Below, piece after piece: positions 40,666-50,579 of a DNA stretch of 64,000 nucleotides (the first letter of the stretch is position 1; every line of letters starts with the position of its first letter). Location: NCBI GenBank assembly GCA_963703315.1, contig OY969811.1:3392001-3456000 (forward strand), in the 5' to 3' direction. A program made the position numbers and the translations under genes. The notes beneath the pieces are model-generated. The model had not been told where the DNA came from, did no database searches, and was given only the letters and a program-made list of their open reading frames with translations. Source of the DNA: an uncultured cyanobacterium (lineage in GTDB: Bacteria > Cyanobacteriota > Cyanobacteriia > Pseudanabaenales > Pseudanabaenaceae).

Positions 40666-40946
40666 GTGCTTTTATCTGTAACCGATCGCAGCGAAAAAAC
40701 ATCACAGTTGCGATGCTTTTGCTGTTATAGACTCAAGCGTTACTTACAAAATATGTATCAAGTATCGATCGAGTGCATCTCTTCGGAGCTTGTGTACTAC
40801 AGGAAAAAACACGATTATCTCACGCACGATACTTAGTGTTTAGTCTTTACTGCTTACCTGTTAGCACTTAAATGTATCCTATCACGCGCTTTCCAAATCT
40901 GAAATAATTTAGGATCACTAGCCCGTGCTTGCGCCGCCCAGTCATC

Positions 40947-41168
40947 CTAGCATAATACTAATTCTGGTCGCTCTTCAGGCAAGATAGCACCTTGAATCGG
41001 ACATACTTGCAAACAAACACCACAGTCAATGCAAATTGAGGCATCAATCTTAAACCAAATCGTACCTTTGCTGTTTGCACCTTCTCCCTGTTCGATACAA
41101 GCAACTGGACAGGCAGGTACACAGTTGGCAATGCCTTCACAAATATTTGATGCGATCGTGTAAGCCAT
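40947..41168 (-). CDS. Small dicluster Fe-S ferredoxin
   Basis: CEGIANCVPACP and CIDCGVCLQVCP. Confidence 0.9.
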   Translation of the reverse strand: MAYTIASNICEGIANCVPACPVACIEQGEGANSKGTIWFKIDASICIDCGVCLQVCPIQGAILPEERPELVLC

Positions 41169-41208
41169 TTGGATTTCAACTACTAGAGCGTTACTACTGT
41201 ATCAAAAG

Positions 41209-41250
41209 TAACTAAATATAACTTATCCATAACCCAATATATAACTTTTT
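41209..41250 (+). promoter_or_regulatory. Phased TAAC-box array 1
   Basis: TAAC at 41209, 41219, 41230, 41242. Confidence 0.5.
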
Positions 41251-41635
41251 TGTGAAAAATAGGATGAATTAGTCTCCCCATCGTAAATTTCTTCGTGTAG
41301 AATATGAGCATACAAGTATTACAGATAAACCGTAGGAAGTTCACTGTAAGAAATGTTTACATCCCTCTTATTCATTTGTGTGAATAGAGAAGATAAATCA
41401 ATCTCATGTAATTAGTCTATTCATTAAGAATGAAATCAGATAGATAGGGATATTTGATTTGTAAGGCTAAGTTACGATAGGTTTACGCAACCTATTCTTT
41501 TCTACTAGTTGAGTCCATACATAGATAGTAGTCTTAGCGTAAATAAGTATGTAACTGAAATATCAACACAACTTAACATCGGCTCTTTTGTGGATTACTT
41601 AAATACAAACTCTTAAAAAATAGGTTTATCCGATC

Positions 41636-42313
41636 ATGAAATATTTATCTTCTGCAATTATTTCCACCAGCGTTCTTGCTGTTGCTCTTGTTGCAGGTTC
41701 TGCCAACGCTGCTAGCATCAGTTACAGTTTTAGTCCTATTGACACTTCTGAACTATCTGCGTTTGATGATGGTACAACTCCTGGCTATACCTTTGAATTA
41801 GGTGGGCTATCGGCTGAACAAAATATTAGAACTGGCTCTGTTGAGTTTCAGAATGCTCAACCCGCAGGTGATCAGACTAATTACTTGGCAGTACAACCTG
41901 ATCCTACAATTGAAGATGGAGTTCCAGGATTTGCTTTAGGCGCTATCATCTACAACTCGCCTCAGCTACTTAGCAACTTCAGCATTTATTGGGGTTCTGC
42001 CGATAAGTCTAATAAAGTTGAATTTTTTAACGGTGACACTTTTATTCAAGCGCTCACTGGTTTAGATGTGTTTGGTAGCAACGCTAATGGTGATTGGTAC
42101 GATCCTGCGGCAAACCGTTATGTAACATTTACTGGGATCAATACCCAATTCAACAAGATCAGATTCTCTACAGGTCAAATCGCTTTCGAGTTTGATCAGA
42201 AGCGTCCTGTTCCTGTTCCTGCAATTGTTCCTGGTATTGCTTTGGCAGCAGCTTTCTTTGGTAGTAAGGCTCTCAAGCGTAAGCAAAATGAAGCTAGTAA
42301 GCTAATTGCTTAG
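41636..42313 (+). CDS. Exosortase-type surface protein with PEP-CTERM-like tail (Npun_F0296-like)
   Basis: Signal peptide (ANA), YWGSADKSN motif, C-terminal PVPVPAIVPG + TM + KRK. Confidence 0.75.
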   Translation: MKYLSSAIISTSVLAVALVAGSANAASISYSFSPIDTSELSAFDDGTTPGYTFELGGLSAEQNIRTGSVEFQNAQPAGDQTNYLAVQPDPTIEDGVPGFALGAIIYNSPQLLSNFSIYWGSADKSNKVEFFNGDTFIQALTGLDVFGSNANGDWYDPAANRYVTFTGINTQFNKIRFSTGQIAFEFDQKRPVPVPAIVPGIALAAAFFGSKALKRKQNEASKLIA

Positions 42314-42393
42314 TTTTTCACATCAACTCACCTGTTGTAAAAGAGAGTGGCAGCGCATTGCGCCGCCACTCTCTTTTGGATTATTGAAAATTT

Positions 42394-43539
42394 ATGCAAA
42401 CATTACAGATAGGTACAAGCTGGTTTCCAGAAGAGGCAGGTGGTTTGGCGCGTGTTTATTATGGATGTGTAAACTATCTGCCAAAAGTTGGTGTTGAAGT
42501 AAATGGCTTAGTTACTGGTTCCGATCGCGTTATCCAAAGTTCAGGCGGCAAAGTGACAGCCTTTGCGATCGCCGATAGCTCAACATTGAGGCGATCGCTA
42601 GATCTTAGAAAGGCGGTTAAGCTAGCTTTAAGCAATTCTGATTATGATTTAGTTGCCACACATTTCGCACTCTATGCATTACCTGCACTAGATTTACTGG
42701 GTAGTCTGCCATTAGTGACACATTTTCATGGACCTTGGGCATTGGAGAGTAAAGCCGAAGGTGCGGGATCGTTATCGACTTGGGGAAAGTGGGCGATTGA
42801 GAAATTGGTTTATCAACGGTCAAATGGATTTATTGTGTTGTCGGAAGCATTTCGGCAAATTTTGCATCAGTATTACAATGTGCCGCTAGAAAAGATTTTT
42901 GTTGTGGGTGGGGGGATTGATACTGCCGCGTTTAATGTGGGGTTAACGATCGCCGAAGCTAGAGCCAAGCTGGGATGGCAGCAAGATCGACGGATCATTC
43001 TTTGTGTGCGTCGCTTAGTCCAGCGTATGGGGTTGGAGAATTTGATTGCGGCGATCGCTCTAGTCCGCAAAGAGCATCCCGATGTGTTGTTATTAATTGC
43101 AGGTAGAGGAGCGATCTCGGAATCATTGCGATCGCAAATTCAAGAGTTACAACTGGAAAATCACGTTCAACTATTGGGTTTTGTTGCCGATCAGGACTTG
43201 GCGATCGCCTATCGTGCTGCTGAGCTATCAATTGTACCAACTGTCTCCTTAGAAGGATTTGGACTGATTGTGATTGAGTCTTTGGCAGCAGGTACACCTG
43301 TTTTAGGCACGCCCATCGGTGGTATTCCTGAAATTTTACAGCCCTTAAATCCTGATCTGGTATTAGCAGGTACTCAGGTCGAGCAGTTAGCCCAAGGCAT
43401 GATCGAGGCTCTCTCAGGTGAGCGACAAATTCCTAGCGCTGAAGCTTGTCAAGACTATGTACGTCAACATTATGATTGGCAAGCGATCGCTGAACAAATG
43501 CGATCTGTGTATCAACAAGTCATCCAAAAAAGTGATTAA
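42394..43539 (+). CDS. GT4 glycosyltransferase, HepB-like
   Basis: WFP..GGL.R, HFALY, FHGPW..ES, RRLVQRMGL, EGFGLIVIESLA; HepB likeness is from recall, not alignment. Confidence 0.8.
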   Translation: MQTLQIGTSWFPEEAGGLARVYYGCVNYLPKVGVEVNGLVTGSDRVIQSSGGKVTAFAIADSSTLRRSLDLRKAVKLALSNSDYDLVATHFALYALPALDLLGSLPLVTHFHGPWALESKAEGAGSLSTWGKWAIEKLVYQRSNGFIVLSEAFRQILHQYYNVPLEKIFVVGGGIDTAAFNVGLTIAEARAKLGWQQDRRIILCVRRLVQRMGLENLIAAIALVRKEHPDVLLLIAGRGAISESLRSQIQELQLENHVQLLGFVADQDLAIAYRAAELSIVPTVSLEGFGLIVIESLAAGTPVLGTPIGGIPEILQPLNPDLVLAGTQVEQLAQGMIEALSGERQIPSAEACQDYVRQHYDWQAIAEQMRSVYQQVIQKSD

Positions 43540-43576
43540 AAGCATTGCTTTGCAATGCTTTTAATCACTTTTTTGG
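43524..43576. terminator. 25-bp perfect inverted repeat between convergent genes
   Basis: CCAAAAAAGTGATTAAAAGCATTGC-TTT-GCAATGCTTTTAATCACTTTTTTGG. Confidence 0.75.
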
Positions 43577-43599
43577 GAACGGTTTGCGCCGCCATTAGC

Positions 43600-46500
43600 C
43601 TAGTCTTCGATCGCTCCAAGAGCAATTAGCTTTGCTTTTTGAGCAGGAGTTAAACCCGATGCTTCTTTAATATTCAGTCCCTCATAGGGGCGGGGATCGC
43701 GATAGGTCATTATGCATTCTCCTGTGGCAATATCCCAAAGTTTGACAGTTTCATCACGACTACCACTTGCGATTAAATTGCCATGAGGAGCAAATGACAC
43801 TGCATAGACATTTCCAGTATGTCCAACTAGCGTATTGATAGCTTTACCAGTCTGCCAGTTCCAAATATTAATTTGGGTATCTTCACCTGCACTAGCTAGC
43901 AACATTCCTTTAGGGTCAGCCGCAACTGTTAAGACATTGCCCTCATGACCAATGGGTTCTTGGATTAGTTCACCACTTTTGAGATTCCATCGATAGATCA
44001 TTTTGTCACCACATCCAAAGGCAATATGGGGTTGCGATGGCATAAATGCAATATTAGAAGTAAGTGTAGGAAGTTGATCCATTGTTTGTAGACAACCTCC
44101 TGTTTGTGTATCCCAAATTTTTACAGTTTTATCGCGACTACTGCTGATGATATAGCGATCATCGGGACTAAAGGCGATCGCTAAAATTGCGGAACTATGA
44201 CCTTGCAAAACTTGGAAACAGTTGCCAGTGACGATATCTCTGAGTTTGATCACTTTACTCGTTTCACCCGTAGCCAGAAACTTACTATCATGACTAAATA
44301 CTAAGGTTCTCGCTAAATCAGGATGCTCGGTAATTGTAGCTAGGCAATTGCCACTACTGACATCCCATAGTTTGATCGTGCAGTCTTCGGCACAACTGGC
44401 GATGAGAGTCCCGCTAGGACTAAAGGCAACTTGCCAGACATGACCCGCATGACCATGCAAAGCCCGAATGCATTTACCTGACTTGATATCCCACAGACGA
44501 ATAATCGAGTCATCACCGCCACTCGCTAAGATGGTTTGCTCAAGGTTAAAAGCAACCGATCGCACCGCATTGGTATAGCCTTGCAAAATCCGAAATTGCT
44601 GTCCTGAAGTGACTTCCCACAGGTTTAGCAAATGTTCATTGGAGATATTACTGGTCGTTTGGCTCTCATTTTTGTCTGTCCACGATCGCCCCGTATGACC
44701 TTGAAACGTCCGCATACAAAAGCCTGTATCAATTTCCCAAAGCTTAACCATCTCATCACCACTACTACTAGCGAGAATCAAGCGTTCAGGGTGAAAAGCA
44801 ACGGAGCGAACCCAATGGTTATGTCCCGTTAAGGTTTTAAAGCATTGCGCTGTCTTCAGATCCCAAAGCCGAATCGTGCGATCGCCACTTCCCGTTGCCA
44901 ATGTCGAACCGTCGTGACTAAAACTGACAGCAAAAACAGTATGGGTATGCCCTGTAAAGGTTTTGATGCAAGCACCTGTTTCCGTATTCCATAGGCGTGT
45001 AGTTTTGTCTTCACTACCACTAGCTAACACATTGCCATTATGACTAAAGGCGATCGACCAGATGATATCTTCATGTCCTTGGAATACCCGCAGACATTCT
45101 CCAGTTTCAGTATCCCAAAGTCTCACCGAGCAGTCGTCACTACTGCTCGCCAGTAAGTTGCCCTTAGGGCTAAAAGCGACATCTTCAACAATATCTTCAT
45201 GTCCATACAATACTTTAATACATTGCCCCGATCGCCACAGTCTCACCGTGCGATCAGCATGACCACTAGCCAAAGTCGTACCATCGGGACTAAACCCTAC
45301 CGACATCACCGCACCGATATATCCTTGAAGAGTGCTGAGGCAATCCCCTGTCGATACATCCCATAACTTGATCGATTGATCGACACTACTGCTAGCTAAG
45401 ACAGTTCCTTCAGGATTGAAAGAGACGGAAACCACCCATCCCTTATGACCTCGATAAGTTAGCAAAGGCTTGCCATCACTGACTCGCCAAAGATGGATAT
45501 CGCCTTTAGTATCACCGATCGCTAATAACTTGCCATTAGCACTAAAGGCAACTGACAGGACACCACCAATTACTTCCGCAAATACCGATTTAATCAAAGC
45601 CGTTTGAGCAAAGTTTACTCGGTGTAATTTGACTTCGGGTAAATAAGCTTGACGGATCGCCAGATAGGAAAAGTCAGTACCTGTTAAGTCAATCCCCAGA
45701 TTGCATAACAAATTGATAATGTTCCCACCGCCATAGCCAAAGGTGGATTTAAGTTCCCCTTCAGGTCGCAGTTCTCTTCTGCGTAATTCGGCAACGGTTT
45801 GGAATAGTTCTTTCACCACCATTTGCTTACTACCCAAACGCCCTAACAGCTTTGTCACCAAAGGTTCGAGAATCAGGCGAATTTGACTTTGGCGAATATA
45901 GTCTTTAGCAGTGGCTTTAATCAGTGCATAATGCCGTAGATAGAAAAGTTGTCTATTGAGCTTAGATTGAATACCTGGTAAAACGCCGAGGGGATGCTCT
46001 TGAGTAATTTCTTGATAAATTTGATCGATTAATAGATTAGTCACAAACTCCATGACTACAGGCTGCTGGGTAAAACCTGCGGCAGTTTGTTCAACTAGCG
46101 ATCGCCGCTTTAGCGATCGTAGAGACATCATTAAATAGTTTTGTTCGATTGTTGGCACAATGTCCGAACGTAACTCACTAGGCTGGACTGGCTCACGATT
46201 AATTGCCAGCCACAACATAATTTGCTTTTCATAGGCAGTCAGTCTCTGGTATTGCTGCTCAATGAGATTGCCAATCCCACTAAAAATAATGGTCTTCTGT
46301 TCTAAAAACCGATCAATACTCCCTGAATAAAGATCCTTAATCGAAGTTGCCGCAATTTTCAGAGCCAAGGGATTACCGCGATACCAGTCCACTAAACGAT
46401 GCAAATCGGTTGCCATCGCTTTGATCCCCTTGGCTTCAAGGACTCGCTCTGCCGCCGATTCATCTAGCCCCGTTAATTGCAACGCTCTGACGGGCAGAAT

Positions 46501-47328
46501 ATCGCCCTCTAGGGTTGCCACTTCCTCAGGCATTTCACGACTGGTAATAATCACACAACTGCGATGGACAACTTCACCCGCCCTTCTTAATAGAGAGCCA
46601 TAACCTTCATAATCCTTGCGGTATGCTCCCGCTTGAGCTTCATCTTTGAGGACTGACTCAAAATTGTCTAACACTAATAAACAGCGATAGCGCTGCAAAT
46701 ATTCCATCAGGCGGGAAATGAGGGCATTGGTATCGGTGGTATCAGGGGTTTCACGCTGGTGAGAGAGAAAATGGATCACCGCCGTTAACATCTCACTTGG
46801 CGTTTTGGCATTATTTAGCGATCGCCACACCACAAAGTCAAATTTTTCTTGCAACTGCTGAGCTAGTTTCACGGATAGCGCTGTTTTACCCAAACCACCC
46901 ATACCCAAAAGGGCGATCAACCGACAGCGATCGCGGTCAACCCATTGCTCTAGAGTATTTAGCTCTGCTTCCCGTCCATAGAAAAAAGAGACATCAATAA
47001 CCTCACCCCAATCTTGGTGACCATTTGGTACAGGATTTAAATCAGGGATTGTCGCAGCAGTAGCATCTACTTTTTGACTTTGCAGCTTGCGACGGATTAT
47101 GCTCTGCACTGTACTTTTAGTGACTTTTTCACCAAAAGTTTCTGTCAATAAGTGCCAAAGCTTATGGCTAACTAATTTAATGTAACCTGCATCATAGCCA
47201 GTCTGCTTCGCGATCTCAGAGTAAGACTGCCCTTGCCATACACCAAGAAAGACAGACTGCTCAACTCGAGTCAGACTGCGCTGTGCTAAAGACAACTCTA
47301 TAAATGCTACCGCTTCATCAGCCGTCAT
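43600..47328 (-). CDS. STAND NTPase: N-terminal HTH, NB-ARC, pentapeptide-like segment, WD40 repeats
   Basis: WQGQSYSEIA..GY..GYIK HTH; DWGE, FYGR, GMGGLGKT, LLVLDNFE, GNPLAL; more than a dozen GH..WD repeats; RPYEGLNI tail. Confidence 0.9.
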   Translation of the reverse strand: MTADEAVAFIELSLAQRSLTRVEQSVFLGVWQGQSYSEIAKQTGYDAGYIKLVSHKLWHLLTETFGEKVTKSTVQSIIRRKLQSQKVDATAATIPDLNPVPNGHQDWGEVIDVSFFYGREAELNTLEQWVDRDRCRLIALLGMGGLGKTALSVKLAQQLQEKFDFVVWRSLNNAKTPSEMLTAVIHFLSHQRETPDTTDTNALISRLMEYLQRYRCLLVLDNFESVLKDEAQAGAYRKDYEGYGSLLRRAGEVVHRSCVIITSREMPEEVATLEGDILPVRALQLTGLDESAAERVLEAKGIKAMATDLHRLVDWYRGNPLALKIAATSIKDLYSGSIDRFLEQKTIIFSGIGNLIEQQYQRLTAYEKQIMLWLAINREPVQPSELRSDIVPTIEQNYLMMSLRSLKRRSLVEQTAAGFTQQPVVMEFVTNLLIDQIYQEITQEHPLGVLPGIQSKLNRQLFYLRHYALIKATAKDYIRQSQIRLILEPLVTKLLGRLGSKQMVVKELFQTVAELRRRELRPEGELKSTFGYGGGNIINLLCNLGIDLTGTDFSYLAIRQAYLPEVKLHRVNFAQTALIKSVFAEVIGGVLSVAFSANGKLLAIGDTKGDIHLWRVSDGKPLLTYRGHKGWVVSVSFNPEGTVLASSSVDQSIKLWDVSTGDCLSTLQGYIGAVMSVGFSPDGTTLASGHADRTVRLWRSGQCIKVLYGHEDIVEDVAFSPKGNLLASSSDDCSVRLWDTETGECLRVFQGHEDIIWSIAFSHNGNVLASGSEDKTTRLWNTETGACIKTFTGHTHTVFAVSFSHDGSTLATGSGDRTIRLWDLKTAQCFKTLTGHNHWVRSVAFHPERLILASSSGDEMVKLWEIDTGFCMRTFQGHTGRSWTDKNESQTTSNISNEHLLNLWEVTSGQQFRILQGYTNAVRSVAFNLEQTILASGGDDSIIRLWDIKSGKCIRALHGHAGHVWQVAFSPSGTLIASCAEDCTIKLWDVSSGNCLATITEHPDLARTLVFSHDSKFLATGETSKVIKLRDIVTGNCFQVLQGHSSAILAIAFSPDDRYIISSSRDKTVKIWDTQTGGCLQTMDQLPTLTSNIAFMPSQPHIAFGCGDKMIYRWNLKSGELIQEPIGHEGNVLTVAADPKGMLLASAGEDTQINIWNWQTGKAINTLVGHTGNVYAVSFAPHGNLIASGSRDETVKLWDIATGECIMTYRDPRPYEGLNIKEASGLTPAQKAKLIALGAIED

Positions 47329-47347
47329 AGATGCGCCTTAAATATAC

Positions 47348-47395
47348 CAATATAACTTTTATATAACCTCGCTCTTGTCATTCTATGACGTTTTA
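47348..47395 (+). promoter_or_regulatory. Phased TAAC-box array 2
   Basis: CAATATAACTTTTATATAAC (47348-47367), TAAC at 47353 and 47364, TGAC at 47386. Confidence 0.6.
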
Positions 47396-47614
47396 TGGTT
47401 TGTGGTATTTTGTTGCAAATATTGTTTTTTGTGGTTAGCAACCCTAGATAGCCCAATTACACCCAAATAGTCTCTGCATCTATAGTTATTGGAGGTTTGT
47501 GTGAGTGATTTCTAACTAAGTATGCTTAAGCCTTAAAAGTTGTGGCAACAGGCTGTGTGATCGCCACAGCTTTGAGATCTGGTCATCGTGACGAGGTAAT
47601 TAGTTTAGTAATTA

Positions 47615-47650
47615 CATTCATAGTGCCATTCATAGTGCCATTCATAGTGC
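47615..47650. repeat. Three perfect 12-bp tandem repeats
   Basis: CATTCATAGTGC x3. Confidence 0.9.
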
Positions 47651-47895
47651 TAAAGCAAAGGCACTTACAAGTATTGCTATACCACACTTGTTCAATGATT
47701 GCTATATACTCTCCCAATGCATAGTTATCATAAAGGCAAGAATTGCTATACAGGATAAAATTTTCATGTTCTCTAAGTAACTGGGCGCAATTAAATATAA
47801 AACTCCAAAATCTGTGGCGCGACTACCCACAAGAAATCTAGTTATCAAATCGCAGAAACTTTTAGTATTTCTAAAGACCAACAAAGTATAAAACT

Positions 47896-50085
47896 ATGAA
47901 TGTCAATACTGCTAAATTACCTAGCTCAGCGATCGCTGAACAAGATCCAGGATATGGGAAAATTTTTGCAGTTCTACTTCGTAGGCGGTTTTGGTTTTTA
48001 GGAGGCTTAGGGCTAGGACTAGTAATTGCCATTTTTATGAACATTTACGCCAAACCCAAATACACAAGTATTATGCGACTATTGGTCGAGTCAACTTATA
48101 AGTCTCGCTCCACCTCCTTTATTGACTCCAATGTGCAAATTGACTACGCAACGCAACTTAACTTGCTGCAAAGTTCATCAATGTTTCAAAAAGCAGCGAA
48201 TTTACTAGCTACTGAGTATCCAGGTATTACTGGCTCTGAGCTGCAATCATTAAAAATTGGAATGTTAGGAGGTAAAGAGGCTCCAACTAAAATTGTTGAA
48301 GTGCAATATACTGCCTTAGATCCTGTCAAAACCCGACAAGTTTTAAGAGCTTTTCAAAAAGTATATACAGACTATAATCGAGAGCAACAAGAAAAGCGCT
48401 TGCAAACGGGTTTAGCAGGTATTGATGAGCAAGTTACGAATGTTCGCAAAAGCATTGCCGAAGCCACTGAGGCCATTGAGGTCTTTCGGCGAAAAAACAA
48501 CTTATTTGATGCGAATCAACGGGTTACAGAAGTTACTTCGGCTCTAAATGGAATCGAACAACAAAAACGTGCCGCCAAATTAGAATATGAGCAAGCAACT
48601 ACGAAGTTAAACTCCTTACAGGAAAAACTAAATCTATCTTCACAAGATGCTGTATTAATAACTCGATTAAATCAGTCTCAACGCTATCAAACTCTCATTT
48701 CAGAAATGCAAGGAATTGAAGTTGCCCTAAATCGTGAAAAGTCGAGATTTCAGTCTAATAGCCCTGTTGTTGATGCTCTAGAACTACGATTTAAACAGCA
48801 ACAAGCTAGTCTTGAAGAAGAAAGAAGAAGTATTCTCGGAGATGCAAAATTAGCGAGTTATCCTAAATGGAATGGGGATCAACTGAGCGGTATTGACTTG
48901 AGTTTGGCAAATCAAATTGTTGAGACCCAAAGTCAACTTACTCTGTTACAGTCACGTCTTGAATCTTTATCATCTCAAGAAGCATCTCTGCGTAACGAGA
49001 TTAATCGCTTGCCCAAGTTACTTGGTGAATATGAAACGTTAAAACCAAAACTCCAAATTCAACAGGAGACTTTGCAAACACTACTCAAAAATCGCCAAGA
49101 GTTGAGTTTAGAGATTGCACGTGGTGGTTTTGATTGGCAGGTAGTTGAGGAACCTAGTCTTGGTTCGAGCGATGCTTCTGAGAGTCTACGCAGAAATTTA
49201 TTGTTGGGTGTAGTTGCTGGTTTATTTATTGGGGGATCAGCCGCCTTTATTCGAGATATGCAGGATGACACGATGCATACCTATGATGAGTTAGAGCAGC
49301 AAATTTCTTCCATATCTTTATTAGGTATGACTCCTCAATATTTACAAACTGAAGAGTCTGGATCTAATTTTTTACCACAGTTTCTCAAGGGGCAGTCAGT
49401 TTCACCACTTACGCTGGAGATCATTCAATGGTTACCTTTCCGTGAGTCGTTAGATCTGATTTATAAAAATATTCAGCTCAATACCTATGCCCAAGAAACC
49501 GAACTGCGATCGCTGGTGATCACCTCAGCAATACCTAGTGAGGGCAAATCAACGATCGCCCTCGGACTCGCCACTAGTGCCGCAAGGCTGCACAAACGGG
49601 TGCTACTAATTGATGGTGATATGCGATCGCCATCTTTACATAAGCAGCTTAACCTTCCTAATGAAAGAGGTTTGTCAACATTACTAGCGAGCAAAGGTAG
49701 CGTGGATAGCCGCGATGTGATCCAGTCATCTAACTCAGCGATCGATATCCTGACCGCAGGACCAATTCCTAGTGATTCCGTAACCTTACTTAGTTCAGAA
49801 TGGATGCAAAAGTTAATTGCTAGTTTTGAGCAGGATTATGATCTGGTGATTATTGACTCGCCACCGATTTTGGGGACAGTTGATACCATTCAAATTGCTT
49901 CTTGTAGTGGTGGTGTCGTTGCTGTTGCGAGGATTGATCGCATTACTCGTGGTGACTTTTCGCAAGCAATTTCTGTTCTCCAAAAGCTAAATTTGATTGG
50001 GGTAATTGCTAACGCCGCGAAAGATCTACCCCACAGTTATAAATCAGTTACCACCAACGATGATGACGATGAAGAAGAGGAATAA
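47896..50085 (+). CDS. wzc: Wzc/GumC polysaccharide co-polymerase and BY-kinase
   Basis: Two TM helices flanking a coiled-coil periplasmic domain; ITSAIPSEGKST, LIDGDMRSP, IIDSPP. Confidence 0.9.
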   Translation: MNVNTAKLPSSAIAEQDPGYGKIFAVLLRRRFWFLGGLGLGLVIAIFMNIYAKPKYTSIMRLLVESTYKSRSTSFIDSNVQIDYATQLNLLQSSSMFQKAANLLATEYPGITGSELQSLKIGMLGGKEAPTKIVEVQYTALDPVKTRQVLRAFQKVYTDYNREQQEKRLQTGLAGIDEQVTNVRKSIAEATEAIEVFRRKNNLFDANQRVTEVTSALNGIEQQKRAAKLEYEQATTKLNSLQEKLNLSSQDAVLITRLNQSQRYQTLISEMQGIEVALNREKSRFQSNSPVVDALELRFKQQQASLEEERRSILGDAKLASYPKWNGDQLSGIDLSLANQIVETQSQLTLLQSRLESLSSQEASLRNEINRLPKLLGEYETLKPKLQIQQETLQTLLKNRQELSLEIARGGFDWQVVEEPSLGSSDASESLRRNLLLGVVAGLFIGGSAAFIRDMQDDTMHTYDELEQQISSISLLGMTPQYLQTEESGSNFLPQFLKGQSVSPLTLEIIQWLPFRESLDLIYKNIQLNTYAQETELRSLVITSAIPSEGKSTIALGLATSAARLHKRVLLIDGDMRSPSLHKQLNLPNERGLSTLLASKGSVDSRDVIQSSNSAIDILTAGPIPSDSVTLLSSEWMQKLIASFEQDYDLVIIDSPPILGTVDTIQIASCSGGVVAVARIDRITRGDFSQAISVLQKLNLIGVIANAAKDLPHSYKSVTTNDDDDEEEE

Positions 50086-50132
50086 TCCCCAATCCGAATA
50101 ATTTGTACAGCGAAGCCACACAAATTATTTGG

Positions 50133-50192
50133 ATGAAAACCCTAAAAGCTGTGGCGCACGCTCCGCGTGCGCCACAGCTTTTAGGGTTTTCA
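50133..50192. repeat. Long palindrome with family D hairpin core downstream of wzc
   Basis: TGAAAACCCTAAAAGCTGTGGCGCACGC-TCC-GCGTGCGCCACAGCTTTTAGGGTTTTCA. Confidence 0.8.
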
Positions 50193-50246
50193 TTTTGTCC
50201 TCACTTGGCTAGAAATATTCCTAAATTTTCAGCAAAATATCTTTAG

Positions 50247-50292
50247 CAATATAACTTTTATATAACTTTTAGTATGACCTTTTAGTAACTTA
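50247..50292 (+). promoter_or_regulatory. Phased TAAC-box array 3
   Basis: Same 20-mer as 47348 at 50247-50266; boxes at 50252, 50263, 50275 (TGAC), 50286. Confidence 0.6.
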
Positions 50293-50579
50293 TAGTGGTT
50301 GCTATATCTATGGAATTAATGGATAAGTATAGATAGAAATATACGATATCTATCTTGCAAGTTATTGAAATATAGATACAGATATTCGCACTGAACGAAC
50401 ACGGAATACTGATTCACTCAACCCTATTTGGTGAATTCCTGTTTAGTGAAAGTGTATTTGTTTTTAGGGTTCCTCTAACATTCCTACTAACTTATTGGGA
50501 CTCTTAAATTCATATCAATACCGAATTTTTTAATTTACTTCGTTACAAGCAAGCTAAATAGAAGCTGGCACAGAGAGAC

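Noticed and set aside
40670..40940. Possible ncRNA between the ferredoxin and rimP
   Set aside because: Only weak hairpins; no recognisable family beyond the rimP leader hairpin
40958..41179. Second 73-aa ORF overlapping the ferredoxin
   Set aside because: Alternate frame with no motifs; the ferredoxin frame has both Cys clusters
43600..47328. STAND protein as an Avs-type anti-phage system
   Set aside because: No nuclease, TIR, SIR2 or protease effector and no defence neighbours; the N-terminus is HTH-like
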